DNA from: Bdellovibrionales bacterium
GTDB lineage: Bacteria; Bdellovibrionota; Bdellovibrionia; Bdellovibrionales; UBA1609
Assembly: GCA_965219095.1 (NCBI GenBank)
Contig: CBDCMT010000001.1
Span: 1,920,001-1,984,000 of the forward strand
Direction of reading: 5' to 3'
Length of the DNA stretch: 64,000 nt
Position 1 is the first letter of the stretch. Each line of letters starts with the position of its first letter. Below, piece after piece: positions 61,356-64,000 of this stretch. Below the pieces are notes generated by a model. It did no database searches and was not told the DNA's origin. It saw only the letters and a program-made list of their open reading frames with translations. The translations under genes were made by a program, and so were the position numbers.

Positions 61356-63054
61356 CCTAAACTCGTGACTAAAAATGTACACTACAAAGCTATAATTTCC
61401 TATTTTCCATAAAAATCTCAGTTTTCATAGGGGAATTTTCGATTTTTAGATAAAATCACAAAAAATAACTTGCCTTGCATTTTCCTTTGTAGTGTAATAT
61501 ATTACACTACAAGAGGGAGAAATATGAGCTTTATCAGAAGAATAAAAAGAGGAAAGGTAACATATCTTGCAGAAGTAGAGAACAAAAGGGTCGATGGAAA
61601 AGTTATCCAAAAGCATATTCGGTACATCGGGAAGGAAGAGAATGGTGAAACTGTAATTTCAATGAGTTCATCTGATCTTGAAATAGAAAAGGTCAAGGTT
61701 TATGGTCCTTTGCTTGTTTTAGATAAAATAGCTAGGGAAATAGATTTGCAAAAATCTCTTGGCCAATACTCCAATGAAATATTAAGCATGGTCTATGCTC
61801 ACTGTTTAGATTACAAAAGCCTTAGAAAAATGCCAAAATGGTATGAGAGAACAGATTTAAACACTTTGCTAAATTTAGAGGATCTAACCGAAAGTCGTTT
61901 GCTTTCTGCTCTAGATTCTTTAGAGAGTGATCCAGAAAATTTACAGAAGAAAATATTTCAAGGTGTTCAGAAAAGGTACAATCTTGAGCTAAAAGGGTTG
62001 GTGTACGATGTTACCAATACATACCTTTATGGTAGCAAATGTCAGCTTGGAAAATTAGGAAAGAGTAAGGATGGGAAACGTGGAAATCCTTTGATTCAAA
62101 TTGGTTTGGTGACAACTCAAAAAGAAGGAATACCAGTGTTTCATAAAACTTTTAGTGGAAACATACACGATAGCAGGACTCTACTAAGTTTATCCGATGG
62201 ATTTGCAAACTATGGACTAAGTGGAGGAATGTTTGTTTACGACAGAGGCATTTTTTCAGAGAGAAACCTCAATGAAATCAATGATTTGGGCTGGAATACG
62301 CTTTGTGGGATTGCTCTCAGAAAAAAAGAGAAGGATTTGATTAGAAAAATGATAAGGCTAGACTCTATTGTTGATGTATCCCATCGCATCAGGTTATCAA
62401 GTGGTGCCTTGTATGCTCAGAGCATTAATCACAATGTTGGAAAAATCAAAGGACGTTTAGTTGTTTGTTACAATCAAAGGAGAGCTTTAGATATAAGAGA
62501 ATCTCGTTTGGACGAAATTGCAAACGCACAAATTCTTTTGTCTAAAAATAAAAATATAAAACCAGGTTTGGAAAAATACCTTACTCCAACAGGAAGATTA
62601 AGGAGAGATCGGTTGAATTTAGAATCTGAGTTTGATGGTTACTCTTGTATATTTTCTACAAAAAAGATCTCTACAAAAGATATTGTTAATTTGTACTATA
62701 AGAAAGAGATAATTGAAAAATCTTTTAGGACCTTAAAGGGAATAACAAATTTGAGACCAATTCGTCATTGGCTTTACAACAGAGTTCAATCACATGTCTT
62801 TATATGCTATTTATCTTGTCTGATACTTTCAATTCTAAAAATGAAGCTTGAAAAGATGCAGATGTCTCCAGAGGAAGCTCTTGAAGAACTCGGTAGCATG
62901 TATAATGTCTATCTTTATGACCGAAAAAATAAAACTAGACTTATCAAAACAGTAGCTTTGAATAAAGTTCAAGAAAAAATACTAAGATCTATTGGAAAAA
63001 GTCTTGTCAAAAAAACGTCCGTCTGTAGTGTACATTTTTGAGCACGAACTCAGG
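61356..63054 (+). mobile_element. Intact IS1634-family element
   Basis: Imperfect IRs CCT..(C/T)TCGTG...AAAAATGTACACTACA; 7-bp duplication TAAATTG. Confidence 0.92.
61524..63041 (+). CDS. IS1634 transposase
   Basis: YDVTNTY, GKSKD, VYDRG, IEKSFRTLK, LRPIRH; start MSFIRR after GGGAG. Confidence 0.92.
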   Translation: MSFIRRIKRGKVTYLAEVENKRVDGKVIQKHIRYIGKEENGETVISMSSSDLEIEKVKVYGPLLVLDKIAREIDLQKSLGQYSNEILSMVYAHCLDYKSLRKMPKWYERTDLNTLLNLEDLTESRLLSALDSLESDPENLQKKIFQGVQKRYNLELKGLVYDVTNTYLYGSKCQLGKLGKSKDGKRGNPLIQIGLVTTQKEGIPVFHKTFSGNIHDSRTLLSLSDGFANYGLSGGMFVYDRGIFSERNLNEINDLGWNTLCGIALRKKEKDLIRKMIRLDSIVDVSHRIRLSSGALYAQSINHNVGKIKGRLVVCYNQRRALDIRESRLDEIANAQILLSKNKNIKPGLEKYLTPTGRLRRDRLNLESEFDGYSCIFSTKKISTKDIVNLYYKKEIIEKSFRTLKGITNLRPIRHWLYNRVQSHVFICYLSCLILSILKMKLEKMQMSPEEALEELGSMYNVYLYDRKNKTRLIKTVALNKVQEKILRSIGKSLVKKTSVCSVHF

Positions 63055-63296
63055 TAAATTGATTCCCTTATTTGACAAGTTGATGTTGAAAAAACGTTCT
63101 GTTGTGGAAACAGTGATTGGAGTGTTAAAAGGAGAGTTTCATCTTGAGCATTCTCGCCATCGTAGCCCACAAAACTTTGTCATCAATCTTTTAGGTACTC
63201 TCATCTCTTACTTGCTTAAAACCTAAAAAACCCTCCATTCAACTTAAAACTCAAAACAGGAGCTTCTGAACAATATATAAAAGTCGAAACTCGGGT

Positions 63297-63973
63297 TTAT
63301 AGGGTTACGAGAAGGAACTACAGAAAATTGCGAGCTGACAAAAGATCTTTTAGAGAACCTTGTTTCTAGAGGTATGGATTCAGATAAGGGCTATCTTTTT
63401 GTTATTGATGGTTCTAAAGCTCTAAGGAAGGCTATCAAGGCAGTTTGGGGAAAAAAGTCTGTTGTTCAACGTTGCATTCGTCACAAAGAAAGAAATATCC
63501 TCAATTATTTGCCAAAAGAAAGACATCAAGAGTTTCGCATTCGTTGGAAAAGACTTCATGGTTCAGTAGATTATGAATCGGCTTTGAAAGAGCATGAGGA
63601 GTTAGTTTGTTGGTTGAAACAGATCAACCATTCAGCTTTAGAATCTCTTGAAGAAGCTTTAAGGAGACTTTGACTGTGATTCGTCTTAAATCCTTAAAAA
63701 AGACTTTACTGTCTACAAATCCTATAGAGTCCATGTTTTCCTACACAAGGTATAGAACAGGGAGAGTTAAGAACTGGAAGAGAGGAGCAGACCAAGTGAG
63801 TCGTTGGGCTGCTGTTACTCTCTTTGATGCTGAGAAAAGATTTAAACGAATCAGAGGCTTTATGTATTTAAAAAACTTTAAAGAAAACTTAGAAAAAATG
63901 GTTGCAAAACAAAGAAAGGTCGCTTAAACATGAAATCGTCCTCTAGAATTCCACCGAGAAATGGGATATCCTC
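63297..63973 (+). mobile_element. IS256-family 3' part, frameshifted (stub also at 59117-59128)
   Basis: KHII|GLREGTTEN, VIDGSKAL, QRCIRHK, STNPIES; end GGGATATCCTC. Confidence 0.88.
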
Positions 63974-64000
63974 AGTTGTAGTTTAGGAAATTTTAAAAAA

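Larger units (their letters stand above)
59129..63296 (+). mobile_element. IS982-family element, pseudogenised, with two nested insertions
   Basis: ACCCGAGTTTCGACTTTT IRs; TTATA duplication; YVLVDDF, SYSRF, TGISFIDST, GWFFGFKLH, GDRGY, KRSVVETV, EHSRHRS. Confidence 0.92.

Noticed and set aside
14132..61696. Many 60-120 aa ORFs antisense to or overlapping longer genes
   Set aside because: Shadow ORFs with no motifs or ribosome-binding sites

Overview
AT-rich bacterial window, probably Bdellovibrionota-like (inferred from the alternative complex III operon, nadD-rsfS fusion, type IV pilin/PilF/RodZ, fliW and secreted trypsin-like proteases). Intact housekeeping blocks (glmU, rimO-lolA, rplU-rpmA-obgE-nadD/rsfS, pilF-rodZ-exonuclease, actABCDEF, fliW) alternate with decaying accessory DNA. 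Roughly a third of the window is IS-derived, from at least ten families (ISL3, IS3, IS5, IS30, IS66, IS110, IS256, IS630, IS982, IS1634), often nested. Most notable: (1) a transposase-less IS66-end cassette carrying a protease gene with an intact 8-bp target duplication; (2) a three-way-junction structure with a compensatory base-pair change in the ISL3 leader; (3) several unrelated IS families collapsed to 38-201 bp end-only palindromes; (4) ISL3 end-to-end junctions with 5-bp spacers; (5) an orphan MvaI-like m4C methyltransferase tied to ISL3 ends and partly duplicated in inverted orientation; (6) a structured non-coding leader upstream of an IS110 pseudogene (bridge-RNA candidate). No CRISPR array, rRNA or tRNA was seen. 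All family calls come from motif recognition by eye, not database searches.
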